Assembly: GCA_963753975.1 (NCBI GenBank)
Contig: CAVWEH010000005.1
Location: 512,001 to 576,000, forward strand
Direction: 5' to 3'
Length of the DNA: 64,000 nucleotides
DNA from: an uncultured delta proteobacterium
GTDB lineage: Bacteria; Desulfobacterota; Syntrophia; Syntrophales; Smithellaceae
Both the position numbers and the translations under genes were made by a program. Positions 37,645 through 50,766 of this stretch are shown in pieces; position 1 is the stretch's first letter, and every line of letters starts with the position of its first letter. The notes under the pieces are model-generated. The model had not been told where the DNA came from and searched no databases. It was given only the letters and a program-made list of their open reading frames with translations.

Positions 37645-39099
37645 TCAGCCTTTTATGCAGGCTATTGATTTTAAGCGTGCTACTTTCTTCGCCAGGCCCG
37701 CATCATGAACAACCTGCACGACATCCTGCAAATTCTTATAAGCTTCCGGGATTTCTTCTTCCAGGGTTCCCTTGCTGCCGGCCATGACCAAAACTCCCTG
37801 TTGGGCCAGTTCCTTCGCAATAGACCGGCCGCGACTGGCTTTGACCGCCTGATGCCGGCTCATCACCCGCCCCGCGCCATGGCAGGCGCTGCCGAATGTC
37901 TCTTCCATCGCTTTTTCCTGACCCACCAATACGTAAGATCCGTGTCCCATATCACCCGGAATAAGCACCGGCTGACCAACGCTTTTATAACGCTCAGCCA
38001 GAGCATCATGGCCGGCGGGAAACGCTCGCGTTGCGCCCTTGCGGTGGACACAAAGTTTTTTCATTTTTCCCTGAATTTTAAAATCCTCTATTTTAGCGAT
38101 GTTATGACAAACATCATAAACCAAATGCATTCCCAATTCCCGCGGGGCCATCCCGAGTGTTTTTTCGAATATCTCCCGCGTACGGTGCATCAGCAGCTGC
38201 CTGTTCGCCCAGGCGTAATTAGCCCCGCACGCCATCGCGGCAAGATAATTTTGTGCACGTGTTGTATTCAGATACGCGCAGGCGAGTTGCCTGTCGGGAA
38301 GCTCGATTTTTGTTTCCTGCATGTGTTTAACCATCAGCGCCAGATAATCATCGCAAATCTGATAACCCAGACCGCGCGAGCCGCTGTGAATCATGACAGC
38401 AATCTGCCCTTTACGCAAACCGAATGCCTGTGCCGCTTTTTCGTCAAATATTTCCTGAACAACTTCAATTTCCAGAAAATGATTGCCGGAACCTAATGTG
38501 CCTAATTGCTGCTTTCCTCTCTCCAGCGCGCGAGCGGACACATGATCCGAGTCAGCTCCGACCATTGCACCGCCATCTTCCGTTGCTTCCAAATCTTCCG
38601 CCAGGCCGAAACCGGTCTTAACGACCCACTTAGCGCCTTCCTCCAAAACCCTTTTTTCGTCTTTCCCCGATAGTTTGACCTGGCCTGTGGAGCCGACACC
38701 GGAGGGGATATGGTGAAATAATGCCGTCGTCAAGTCGCTGATTTTTTCTTTAATGTCGCCTAAAGATAAATTGGTCGCCACCAGACGGCAGCCGCAATTG
38801 ATATCGTAGCCCACTCCTCCCGGAGAAACAATGCCTTCCGTGAGATCAAAGGCTGCGACTCCGCCGATGGGGAAGCCATAACCCCAATGGACATCCGGCA
38901 TAGCCAGCGAATAATTAACAATGCCGGGCAAATGCGCGACATTGGCCACCTGTTTGACGCTTTCATCGTTCTTTAGGATCTGATATATTTTTTCATTGGC
39001 ATAAATAATCCCCGGCACTTTCATTTTTCCCGTTTGAGGCAAAAGCCAGCGATTATCATCTAGGCGTTCAAGCTTTATTTCAGGCCAAGGTGCATTCAT
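37645..39099 (-). CDS. rtcB: RNA 3'-phosphate/5'-OH ligase RtcB (archaeal-type clade)
   Basis: MPDVHWGYGFPIGGV, GYDINCG, GSGNHF, HSGSRG, YDVCHN, HRKGAT and CHGAGR. Confidence 0.96.
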   Translation of the reverse strand: MNAPWPEIKLERLDDNRWLLPQTGKMKVPGIIYANEKIYQILKNDESVKQVANVAHLPGIVNYSLAMPDVHWGYGFPIGGVAAFDLTEGIVSPGGVGYDINCGCRLVATNLSLGDIKEKISDLTTALFHHIPSGVGSTGQVKLSGKDEKRVLEEGAKWVVKTGFGLAEDLEATEDGGAMVGADSDHVSARALERGKQQLGTLGSGNHFLEIEVVQEIFDEKAAQAFGLRKGQIAVMIHSGSRGLGYQICDDYLALMVKHMQETKIELPDRQLACAYLNTTRAQNYLAAMACGANYAWANRQLLMHRTREIFEKTLGMAPRELGMHLVYDVCHNIAKIEDFKIQGKMKKLCVHRKGATRAFPAGHDALAERYKSVGQPVLIPGDMGHGSYVLVGQEKAMEETFGSACHGAGRVMSRHQAVKASRGRSIAKELAQQGVLVMAGSKGTLEEEIPEAYKNLQDVVQVVHDAGLAKKVARLKSIACIKG

Positions 39100-39209
39100 T
39101 CGTCTACCTTTGTTGGCTGCGTCATCGCCTTCTTCAACGTATCAAAATATACGTCTTCGTCGTCTCTTCCTTGCCGTCGCGGTATACTGTTGACTGCATC
39201 TTGGCAATA
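39084..39209. repeat. MITE-like element, family R2, copy 2 (inverted, internally deleted)
   Basis: ctacctttgttggc...gcggtat...gcatcttggcaata is the reverse complement of copy 1; overlaps the rtcB start codon. Confidence 0.8.
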
Positions 39210-39228
39210 TTTTGATGGAATCCTGTTC

Positions 39229-39645
39229 TCAGACATCGAAAATCACCTTTGCCCTCCAGCCTTCAGCTGCCTTTCTAATGCTTAAATCATGATAGGTCAC
39301 GGCTTTTATTTCTTTCCTTAACTGATGCTTATGCGGATTATACGGCTCTCCCCGCAGCTGCGCAACTATTTGCGTGTCGGACAATTCTAAAAGTTTACAC
39401 TTCTTAACGAGCCATCTTTCCCCGTTAAATAAATAGAGGGCTTCCCGCAGAAAGTTAACCAGAAGGTCTTCTATGTCCGTACCTTTAGCCGCTATAACTT
39501 TTTCGTTAACATTATTCACGCCCGTAAGATCAACAATTAAATCGAAGAGCGCATCAACAGCATTTGCAAAAAGCTCTTTTTTTGCTTTGCCCCATACCTC
39601 GATACCGATGTCGGCAGTATGATTAAGAAGTTTATAGTGCTTCAT
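39229..39645 (-). CDS. Archease
   Basis: HTADIG, EIKAVTYH and C-terminal FDV; adjacent to rtcB. Confidence 0.93.
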   Translation of the reverse strand: MKHYKLLNHTADIGIEVWGKAKKELFANAVDALFDLIVDLTGVNNVNEKVIAAKGTDIEDLLVNFLREALYLFNGERWLVKKCKLLELSDTQIVAQLRGEPYNPHKHQLRKEIKAVTYHDLSIRKAAEGWRAKVIFDV

Positions 39646-39693
39646 AAGCTAACTATAATTAAATCGAAGGCCAAAAACAAGCTTTGCCGACTT

Positions 39694-39733
39694 CAAAAAA
39701 AAGCCCCTTACCGTGGCAGTAAAGAGCTTTTTT
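39694..39733 (-). terminator. Bidirectional-type terminator after gyrA
   Basis: aaaaaaagc..ttac..gtaa..gcttttttt imperfect hairpin. Confidence 0.6.
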
Positions 39734-39767
39734 AAAAAACGTTTTTATTTACCGACTAATGCCGCTA

Positions 39768-42242
39768 TTATTCATCGTTTTCATCATCGCCAATTGACCC
39801 GTTAACTTCATCTTCCGCCGTCGTGCGGGCAACGCCGACAAGTTTTTCTTTCGCTTCCAGATCGATGAGCTTCACGCCCTGGGTTACCCGGTGATTGACC
39901 GGTATTTCTCCTACTTTCATCCGGATGACTTTACCGCCATCGCTGATAAGCATAATGTGTTCATCGCCTGCCACCTGCAAGACGCCGGAGACATTCCCGA
40001 CTTTGGGTACGATTTTCAAATTAATCGTTCCTTTTCCGCCGCGGCTTTGCAAACGGTATTCCTCAATCGGAGTACATTTTCCAAAGCCTTTTTCGGAAAC
40101 CGTCAGTACAAACGTATCTTTTGCCGGTATATCCACGCCGATGACGGCGTCATCTTTTTTACCCAGATTAATGCCGCGCACGCCTTTCGCCGTCCTCCCC
40201 ATATCACGCACATTATCTTCTTTAAAACGAATGGCCATGCCTCGCCGCGTTGCTAAAAATATATCCTGTTTTCCGGTGGTTAGTTTAACATCAACCAGTT
40301 CGTCACCTTTTTCGATCGAAATGGCAATAATGCCCCCGGAGCGCGGGTTGGAATAAGCGGCTAACTCCGTCTTTTTAATGGTTCCTTTTTTCGTCACCAT
40401 CACCACGTATTTATTGTCAGCAAATTCCCGCACGGGCAGTGTCGCGCTCACGCGTTCACCCGGCCCCAAGTTCACTAAATTGACGATGGCTTTACCTTTG
40501 GCGGCTCGTCCGGCTTGGGGTATTTGATACACTTTCAGCCAGTGTACCTTGCCGGTCGAGGTAAAAATAAGGAGATAGTGATGGGTTGAAGCGATAAAGA
40601 TTTTTTCCACAAAATCCTCTTCTTTCGTCCCCATGCCCATTTTGCCGCGTCCGCCGCGGTGCTGGCTTTTGTAAAGGCTTGCCGCATTCCGCTTGATATA
40701 ACCCGAATGCGTAATGGTCACGACCATATCTTCTTCGACAATCATATCTTCGATATCAATATCCTCGGTACCAGCAACGATTTCGGTACGTCGTTCATCA
40801 CCATAGCGTTCTTTTATTTCGTTTAGTTCGTCGATAATAACCTGCAGGACTTTTTGCTCATCAGCCAAAATTGCTTCGAGTTTGGCCATTAAAACCTTCA
40901 CCTCCGCGTATTCTTCGTCAATTTTCGCCCGCTCCAGTCCGGTCAGGCGCTGCAACCTCATTTCCAGGATTGCTTTAGCCTGGATTTCAGACAGCTTAAA
41001 TTTCTCGCATAATTTTACCGTTGCTTCCTGAGGATTTTTAGACGCTTTAATCAAGGTCACAATAGCGTCGATATTTTTCAGCGCGATGATCAAGCCTTCC
41101 AAAATATGCGCCCGTTCTTTGGCGCGGGCGAGATCGAACCTGGTGCGTCGCACGACAACTTCCCTGCGGAAGGCAATGAATTTTTCTATTATCTCCTTTA
41201 GATTTAATACCTGAGGACGGCCGTCCGTTATCGCCAGCATAATAATGCCAAATGAGCTTTCCATTTGCGTAAACTTGTAGAGCTGATTGAGAATAATCGC
41301 GGAATTCTCGTCGCGTTTTAGATCAATGACGATGCGGATGCCTTCGCGGTCCGATTCGTCGCGCAGATCGGCAATGCCGGCTATTTTTTTATCCCGCACC
41401 AACTCCGATATTTTTTCGATCAGCGTGGCCTTATTGACTTGATAAGGTATTTCCGTGATGACAATTGTTTCTTTGTCATTGCGGGCGTTTTTCTCAATGA
41501 TCGCCCGTGCCCGCGTTTTAATTATGCCGCGGCCGGTTTTATATGCCGAAAGGATCCCTTCACGGCCGTTAATAAAACCCGCTGTAGGAAAGTCCGGTCC
41601 GGGAATATGGCGCATTAATTTTTCCACGGTGATCTGCGGATTCTTGATACAGGCGATGGTACCGTTTATTATTTCCGTCAAATTATGGGGCGGAATATTT
41701 GTGGCCATGCCCACGGCAATGCCGGAAGAACCGTTCAACAACAGCAACGGTATCCGTGTAGCCAAAAGCGACGGTTCCTGTAGAGATTCGTCATAGTTGG
41801 GCACATAATCAACGGTTTCCTTCTCCAGATCAGCAAGAACTTCTTCAGCAATACGCGCCAGTCGTATTTCCGTGTAACGCATAGCGGCGGGAGGATCACC
41901 GTCAATGGATCCAAAGTTTCCCTGTCCGTCAATCAGCATGTAGCGCAAAGAAAAATCCTGCGCCATACGCACCAGCGTGTCATAAACCGCCACATCGCCG
42001 TGTGGATGATATTTGCCGATGATATCACCGACAATTCGGGCGGACTTTTTATAAGCCTTATTATACCGGTTGCCCATCTCATACATGGAAAACAAAACCC
42101 GCCTGTGAACCGGTTTGAGGCCGTCGCGGACATCGGGAATAGCCCTCCCGATAATTACGCTCATGGCGTAATCCATGTACGATTTTTTCATTTCATCTTC
42201 TATATTCACCAGAGTCGGCTTGTGGTGGATATCTTTTTCCAT
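39768..42242 (-). CDS. gyrA: DNA gyrase subunit A
   Basis: DGLKPVHRR, HPHGD, AAMRYTE and GyrA-box QHRGGRG. Confidence 0.98.
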   Translation of the reverse strand: MEKDIHHKPTLVNIEDEMKKSYMDYAMSVIIGRAIPDVRDGLKPVHRRVLFSMYEMGNRYNKAYKKSARIVGDIIGKYHPHGDVAVYDTLVRMAQDFSLRYMLIDGQGNFGSIDGDPPAAMRYTEIRLARIAEEVLADLEKETVDYVPNYDESLQEPSLLATRIPLLLLNGSSGIAVGMATNIPPHNLTEIINGTIACIKNPQITVEKLMRHIPGPDFPTAGFINGREGILSAYKTGRGIIKTRARAIIEKNARNDKETIVITEIPYQVNKATLIEKISELVRDKKIAGIADLRDESDREGIRIVIDLKRDENSAIILNQLYKFTQMESSFGIIMLAITDGRPQVLNLKEIIEKFIAFRREVVVRRTRFDLARAKERAHILEGLIIALKNIDAIVTLIKASKNPQEATVKLCEKFKLSEIQAKAILEMRLQRLTGLERAKIDEEYAEVKVLMAKLEAILADEQKVLQVIIDELNEIKERYGDERRTEIVAGTEDIDIEDMIVEEDMVVTITHSGYIKRNAASLYKSQHRGGRGKMGMGTKEEDFVEKIFIASTHHYLLIFTSTGKVHWLKVYQIPQAGRAAKGKAIVNLVNLGPGERVSATLPVREFADNKYVVMVTKKGTIKKTELAAYSNPRSGGIIAISIEKGDELVDVKLTTGKQDIFLATRRGMAIRFKEDNVRDMGRTAKGVRGINLGKKDDAVIGVDIPAKDTFVLTVSEKGFGKCTPIEEYRLQSRGGKGTINLKIVPKVGNVSGVLQVAGDEHIMLISDGGKVIRMKVGEIPVNHRVTQGVKLIDLEAKEKLVGVARTTAEDEVNGSIGDDENDE

Positions 42243-42311
42243 TTTACTTCATCCTCTCTAAACGTAAGCGGTTATTTAACGGCTTATTCATCGTGTATTT
42301 GATAGTCGGAT

Positions 42312-45855
<3,544 letters not shown>

Positions 45856-46033
45856 TCCTTCCCCCTTGTTTTATATTATTTAATATTATCTTTTCTTATA
45901 TATTAATAATTAGTATTAGTAATAAGACCTGTGTATATGTTAGTAAATGAAAATTTTATAATAAAGACAATAATATATAAAATAATCGCTTGTTTATAAA
46001 TTGCTCTTAGAAACTTTATGTTTTGTGGATTAA
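45856..46033. other. Replication origin oriC (unwinding region between dnaA and dnaN)
   Basis: Minus strand reads TTACTAACA-TATACACAG-GTC-TTATTACTAATACTA-AT-rich tract: tandem DnaA boxes, GC cluster, DnaA-trios and DUE. Further boxes at ~45990 and ~46025. Confidence 0.85.
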
Positions 46034-47368
46034 AACATCTTCAATATCCCGAACTACATTTTTCAACTTAGAATCAACTTCAATTTTATTTAAAATTTTA
46101 TTTGTTGCATAAATTACAGTCGAATGATCTCTATTGCCGATTTTTTGACCGATATCCGGAAACGAAGCATTGGTTAATTTTCTGGATAAAAACATGGCAA
46201 TCTGTCGCGCAAAAACAAGATTTTTATTTTTATTATGGGCTTTTATATCGGATATTTTCACGTTTAATTTTCCGGCAACTACTTTAATTATCTCTTCAAT
46301 ACTTACTTCTTCGTTTCCCTTGCGCTGAACTACGTTTTTTAGCACTTCCTTTACTAAATCCAAGTCAATTTCTCTGCCTGTTAAAGAAGAATAAGCGCTT
46401 ATTCTAACCAGGAACCCTTCCAATTCGCGAATGTTGGATTCTACATGAGAGGCGATATATTGAGCGACCGTGTTCGGCAAAGTAATTTGACTCTCCTGCA
46501 TTTTTTTTTCGATGATGGCAATTTTTGTTTCTATTTCCGGAGGCTGAATATCAGCGATCAATCCCCACTCAAAACGAGAACGCAGTCGTCCTTCCAGGTT
46601 CGGTATATCTTTAGGAAATTTATCGCTGGTGACTACTATTTGTTTTCCCGAGTCATGCAGTGTATTGAAAGTATGAAAAAATTCTTCTTGGGTTCTTTCT
46701 TTTCCCGCTAAAAAATGGATGTCATCAATTAGTAGGCAACTGATATTACGGTATTTTTCCCTGAATTTGGGCATCCGGTCATAGCGAATGGAATTAATCA
46801 TTTCATTCATAAATTCCTCTGCTGATACATACATAACATTTAGTTCCGGGTGGGCGGTAGTCGTTAGAAGACCAGTCGCATTAAGTAAATGTGTCTTTCC
46901 TAAGCCTGATCCGCCGTAAATGAATAAAGGATTGTAATTTTTGGCCGGTTGTTTGGCTACGGCAATGGAAGCGGCGTGGGCAAACTGATTACAGGGGCCC
47001 ACTACAAATCTGTCAAAGGTATAGTTATTATTTAAAAAAGAATAATTTTTTCCTTTACTTGCCATTGAAGAGGAAGCGCTTTTCGTACGTATAGGAGACA
47101 TAGACACAGAATCCGGACTTTTTTCTTTACTCTTAGAGAGGATAAACTCAATATCAACATCAATACCTATAACATGTTGCAATGATTGTTTAATCGTAGA
47201 AAAATAATTATCCAAAAGCCAATCTTTAAAAAATTTATTGGGCACCATTAATTGTACGCACTCGTCTTCCATGGCAACTATTTTAATCGGTTTTATCCAC
47301 GTATCAAAATTTTGCTTGCTCAGCTTTTCCTGAATGATTTTAGCCGTTTTGTCCCAAACTGCTTCCAC
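46016..47368 (-). CDS. dnaA: Chromosomal replication initiator
   Basis: YTFDRFV, YNPLFIYGGSGLGKTHL, LLIDDI, RELEG and RDHSTV. Confidence 0.98.
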   Translation of the reverse strand: MEAVWDKTAKIIQEKLSKQNFDTWIKPIKIVAMEDECVQLMVPNKFFKDWLLDNYFSTIKQSLQHVIGIDVDIEFILSKSKEKSPDSVSMSPIRTKSASSSMASKGKNYSFLNNNYTFDRFVVGPCNQFAHAASIAVAKQPAKNYNPLFIYGGSGLGKTHLLNATGLLTTTAHPELNVMYVSAEEFMNEMINSIRYDRMPKFREKYRNISCLLIDDIHFLAGKERTQEEFFHTFNTLHDSGKQIVVTSDKFPKDIPNLEGRLRSRFEWGLIADIQPPEIETKIAIIEKKMQESQITLPNTVAQYIASHVESNIRELEGFLVRISAYSSLTGREIDLDLVKEVLKNVVQRKGNEEVSIEEIIKVVAGKLNVKISDIKAHNKNKNLVFARQIAMFLSRKLTNASFPDIGQKIGNRDHSTVIYATNKILNKIEVDSKLKNVVRDIEDVLIHKT

Positions 47369-47380
47369 TATAACAATCCT

Positions 47381-47412
47381 TTATAAACATATTTATCAAC
47401 AACTGTTGATAA
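47381..47412. promoter_or_regulatory. DnaA-box cluster upstream of dnaA
   Basis: TTATAAACA at 47381, TTATCAACA at 47393 and inverted TGTTGATAA at 47404. Confidence 0.7.
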
Positions 47413-47429
47413 GCATTGAAAATTTTACG

Positions 47430-48284
47430 TTATTTCAAATCATCGAGAATTAAACCCGAAAGACGGTTCAATTCATCCATAGAAGAATAGCGAATTTCAA
47501 TTGCACCTTTTTTTGCTATACCTTTGATTTGTACCTTTGCTATTAATTTTGCGGTCATTGCCTTTTCCAGGTCGGCCAAAAAGCGGTCTTTAGCAACTGG
47601 TTTCTTGCTTACCGACTGTTTTTTTATGTTTTGTATCAATCGTTCTGTTTCCCGAACATTTAATTCCTTCTTTAAGATTATCTGCAGCGCCGCAATTTGC
47701 TCTTCGGTTGAGTTACAAGCCAGCAAACAGCGGGCGTGACCTGCCGAAATCTTTTTTTCCACCAGAGCGGCTTTTATTTTAGCCGGCAATCTTAAAAGCC
47801 GGATGATATTGGTAATCGTCGAGCGATCCTTGCCCACACGAAATGAAATCTCCTCTTGAGAAAGATTGAATCTTTCGTTTAAAGTTATATAGGCCGCCGC
47901 TTCTTCCAGAGGATTTAATTCTTCCCTCTGGATATTTTCGATCAGCGACATCTCCGCTGCCTGCATATCCGTCGCTTCGCGAATAACAATAGGCACATCT
48001 TTCAGGCCAGCGGCCTGAGCCGCGCGCCAGCGGCGCTCGCCGGCGATGATTTCATATCCTTTGTCTAATTTGCGGACAATAATCGGCTGTATAATACCGC
48101 TGCTTTTGATGGAAGCAACGAGCTGCTTCTGATTATCATCCTTGAAATTTTTGCGGGGTTGATAACGGTTGGGCTGCAATTCCTCAATACCGCAGGTAAA
48201 AGCAGGAGTTTTTTTATCCAGGTCATTCAATAGATCCGGAAAAATGGCACCAAGCCCTTTACCCAGCGCGTTTTTTTGTGCCAT
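47430..48284 (-). CDS. parB: Chromosome partitioning protein ParB
   Basis: ALGKGL, QPR, IIAGERRWRA and ENIQREELNPLEEA. Confidence 0.96.
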   Translation of the reverse strand: MAQKNALGKGLGAIFPDLLNDLDKKTPAFTCGIEELQPNRYQPRKNFKDDNQKQLVASIKSSGIIQPIIVRKLDKGYEIIAGERRWRAAQAAGLKDVPIVIREATDMQAAEMSLIENIQREELNPLEEAAAYITLNERFNLSQEEISFRVGKDRSTITNIIRLLRLPAKIKAALVEKKISAGHARCLLACNSTEEQIAALQIILKKELNVRETERLIQNIKKQSVSKKPVAKDRFLADLEKAMTAKLIAKVQIKGIAKKGAIEIRYSSMDELNRLSGLILDDLK

Positions 48285-49052
48285 TTACATTCCTCCCTGA
48301 ATTATTTCTTGAGCCAATTCCATATAGGCCACGGCTCCGCGCGATTTAATATCGTAAAGAATAATGGGTAACCCGTGACTCGGACTTTCTGAAAGCCGGA
48401 CATTCCTCGGAATGATTGTTTTAAAAACTTTGTCCCCAAAATGTTTTTTTACATCTTCGGTGACACGATGCGAAAGCAAATTTCGCGGGTCGAACATCGT
48501 CAGCAGAATTCCACCCAAGGCCAAATCCGGATTTAGCCGCGCCTTAACCAACTTAACCGTGTTTAGTAAATACCCCAGTCCTTCCATGGCGAAATATTCA
48601 CACTGTAAAGGAACAATCAAGAAATCGGCAGAGACAAGAGCATTGACCGTCATAAAACCCAGCGAAGGCGGACAGTCAATCAATATGAAATCGTACTGCC
48701 GTTCCATGGATTTTAGTAAATGGCGTAAACGTTTTTCCCGGTCTTCGAGATTAACAAACTCTACCTCCACACCGATTAAATCCTGGTTGGCGGGAATTAT
48801 ATCCAAGTGAGGTATTGCCGTTTGCAGAATAACTCTTTCCAATGGCGCATTGCCGATCATGGCATGATACAAATTGGCTTCTTGAAAAGAGCTACTTTCT
48901 ATGCCCATGCCGCTTGTCGAATTGCCCTGAGAATCGCCGTCAATCAATAAAGTTTTTTTTTCAGCAGCGGCCAGGGATGAAGACAAATTAATTGCGGTAG
49001 TTGTTTTGCCGACCCCCCCTTTTTGATTGGCTATACATATGATTTTATTCAT
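48285..49052 (-). CDS. parA: Chromosome partitioning ATPase ParA/Soj
   Basis: NQKGGVGKTTT, DCPPSLG and PRNVRLSESPSHG. Confidence 0.96.
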   Translation of the reverse strand: MNKIICIANQKGGVGKTTTAINLSSSLAAAEKKTLLIDGDSQGNSTSGMGIESSSFQEANLYHAMIGNAPLERVILQTAIPHLDIIPANQDLIGVEVEFVNLEDREKRLRHLLKSMERQYDFILIDCPPSLGFMTVNALVSADFLIVPLQCEYFAMEGLGYLLNTVKLVKARLNPDLALGGILLTMFDPRNLLSHRVTEDVKKHFGDKVFKTIIPRNVRLSESPSHGLPIILYDIKSRGAVAYMELAQEIIQGGM

Positions 49053-49124
49053 TTTTATATTTGATGTCTTCCCGGAAATTCTTTGGAAAAAACTGCCGTA
49101 AGAACTAGCATAAAAAAGATGTTT

Positions 49125-49805
49125 TTAGAAGGCTTTTTTATCTTTTTTTATCTTTTTTCCGACGATAATTTTATGCTGACTATCCCGCAGGGGAGAAATT
49201 ATATCATACTGAAATAATTCGTCAAAATAAGATGCTGTGGCGCTTTTAACACAGGTTAAAAATTCATTGTCGATGTCGGGGCCTTTTAAAGCGATCAATA
49301 TACCTTGCGGCACAAGAAAAAAAGCGCCCAGCGTTAGAAATTCAGGAAGTTTAAAAACGGCACGGGAAATAACTATATCAAAAAAATCTTTCCATATATT
49401 ATTTTTTATTAAGTTTTCAGCGCGTTCATGAAGAACGACCGTTTCGGTGAGGTTTAAGAGACGGATAATATGTTTTAAAAAGGAACTTTTTTTGCGATTG
49501 CTTTCCACTAAATAAAGCTGCAAATTAGGCCTAGCAATCTTTAAAGGAATACTTGGAAATCCGGCGCCGCTTCCTATATCGATTATCCGGGCTCTGTGGT
49601 TATCAATAAATTGCAAAGCTGTAAGCGAATCCAGAAAGTGGCGGCTGACAATATCTTTAGAGGATTTCTCCGATATCAAATTCTTTTTGGCGTTCCACAG
49701 CAGCAATTCCCGCTGATAAATATTAAATTGCTCTAATTGAATATTACTCAAGGGAATTCTCATTTCCTGCGCGACCTGACCGAGTAAAATTATTTCCTTT
49801 TCCAT
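49125..49805 (-). CDS. rsmG: 16S rRNA m7G527 methyltransferase
   Basis: HFLDSL, DIGSGAGFPS, SRA and LKG; start moved to ATG 49805. Confidence 0.92.
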   Translation of the reverse strand: MEKEIILLGQVAQEMRIPLSNIQLEQFNIYQRELLLWNAKKNLISEKSSKDIVSRHFLDSLTALQFIDNHRARIIDIGSGAGFPSIPLKIARPNLQLYLVESNRKKSSFLKHIIRLLNLTETVVLHERAENLIKNNIWKDFFDIVISRAVFKLPEFLTLGAFFLVPQGILIALKGPDIDNEFLTCVKSATASYFDELFQYDIISPLRDSQHKIIVGKKIKKDKKAF

Positions 49806-49933
49806 GGGCGGTAAATAACAAAAAGACCATATAACGGCAAACAATATTTGTTATTATTGATCCCGTAGCGGGAGCTCTCGGGATAGCGCAGTATGCCGGA
49901 ATATGATACAGATATTGTTACGGGAGGGAAGAA

Positions 49934-50671
49934 GTGAGGTCGCAGACGAATATGAAGAATATAAGCATCGTTTTGCAGAAGCCCAAATATGCGGGTAATG
50001 TCGGCTCTATTGCCCGCGTGGCTAAAAATATGGGTATTGGCAGCATCATCATTGTGGGCGCGACCGATATGGATAAAGACGAGATGCGGAAAAGATCAAC
50101 GCATTTGGCCGTTAATGTCCTGGATAAGATACAATATTTTCAGGATGTCGGCACGGCCCTGGAAAAATTCGGATACATTGTGGGGACAACGGCGCGCCAG
50201 GGTTCTGCCCGCGGACCATTTATTACACCGCGTGTTATTGCCGAAAAAATCGTGGACATCGCCCGCAAGAATAAGGTCGCTCTGCTTTTCGGCCCCGAAG
50301 ATACGGGCCTTTCCAATGATGAATTGCGCTATTGTCATGCTGTGGTAAGCATTCCGACAGCACGGGAACTCAAATCCATCAATCTTTCCCATGCGGTGAT
50401 GATTGTCTGCTACGAAATATTTACCGCTTCGCGGCCGATTATCGAAGAAGCAACGTCTAAATTAGCGCTGTCTTCAGAGCTCGAAGGGATGTACGGACAA
50501 ATAAAAACTCTGCTTGCCGAAATCGGGTTTTTAAATCCGGAAAATCCTGATTACTGGATGATGCATTTGCGCCGCTTTTTTACCCGGTCAGGTCTTTTAT
50601 CGCGGGAAGTAAAAATAATTCGGGGTATTTGCCGGCAGTTGAAATGGTATGCCCACTACAAAAAAACTTGA
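49934..50671 (+). CDS. TrmJ/LasT SPOUT RNA methyltransferase
   Basis: GNVGSIARVAKNMG, LFGPEDTGL and SINLSHAV. Confidence 0.9.
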   Translation: MRSQTNMKNISIVLQKPKYAGNVGSIARVAKNMGIGSIIIVGATDMDKDEMRKRSTHLAVNVLDKIQYFQDVGTALEKFGYIVGTTARQGSARGPFITPRVIAEKIVDIARKNKVALLFGPEDTGLSNDELRYCHAVVSIPTARELKSINLSHAVMIVCYEIFTASRPIIEEATSKLALSSELEGMYGQIKTLLAEIGFLNPENPDYWMMHLRRFFTRSGLLSREVKIIRGICRQLKWYAHYKKT

Positions 50672-50766
50672 CTTTAGGGGATAGTTCTCATAGGGATTGC
50701 GCATATTAAATTGTGTAGCAATATTTTCCCGGCTTTAAATTGAATACTTTTGGAGGTTTGCAGAAC

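Noticed and set aside
37705..38496. 263-aa plus-strand ORF and similar long antisense ORFs (22133-22681, 24243-24932)
   Set aside because: Fully antisense to well-conserved genes, with no motifs
47369..49930. parS site near parAB
   Set aside because: No TGTTTCACGTGAAACA-like palindrome found by eye; only partial matches inside genes elsewhere
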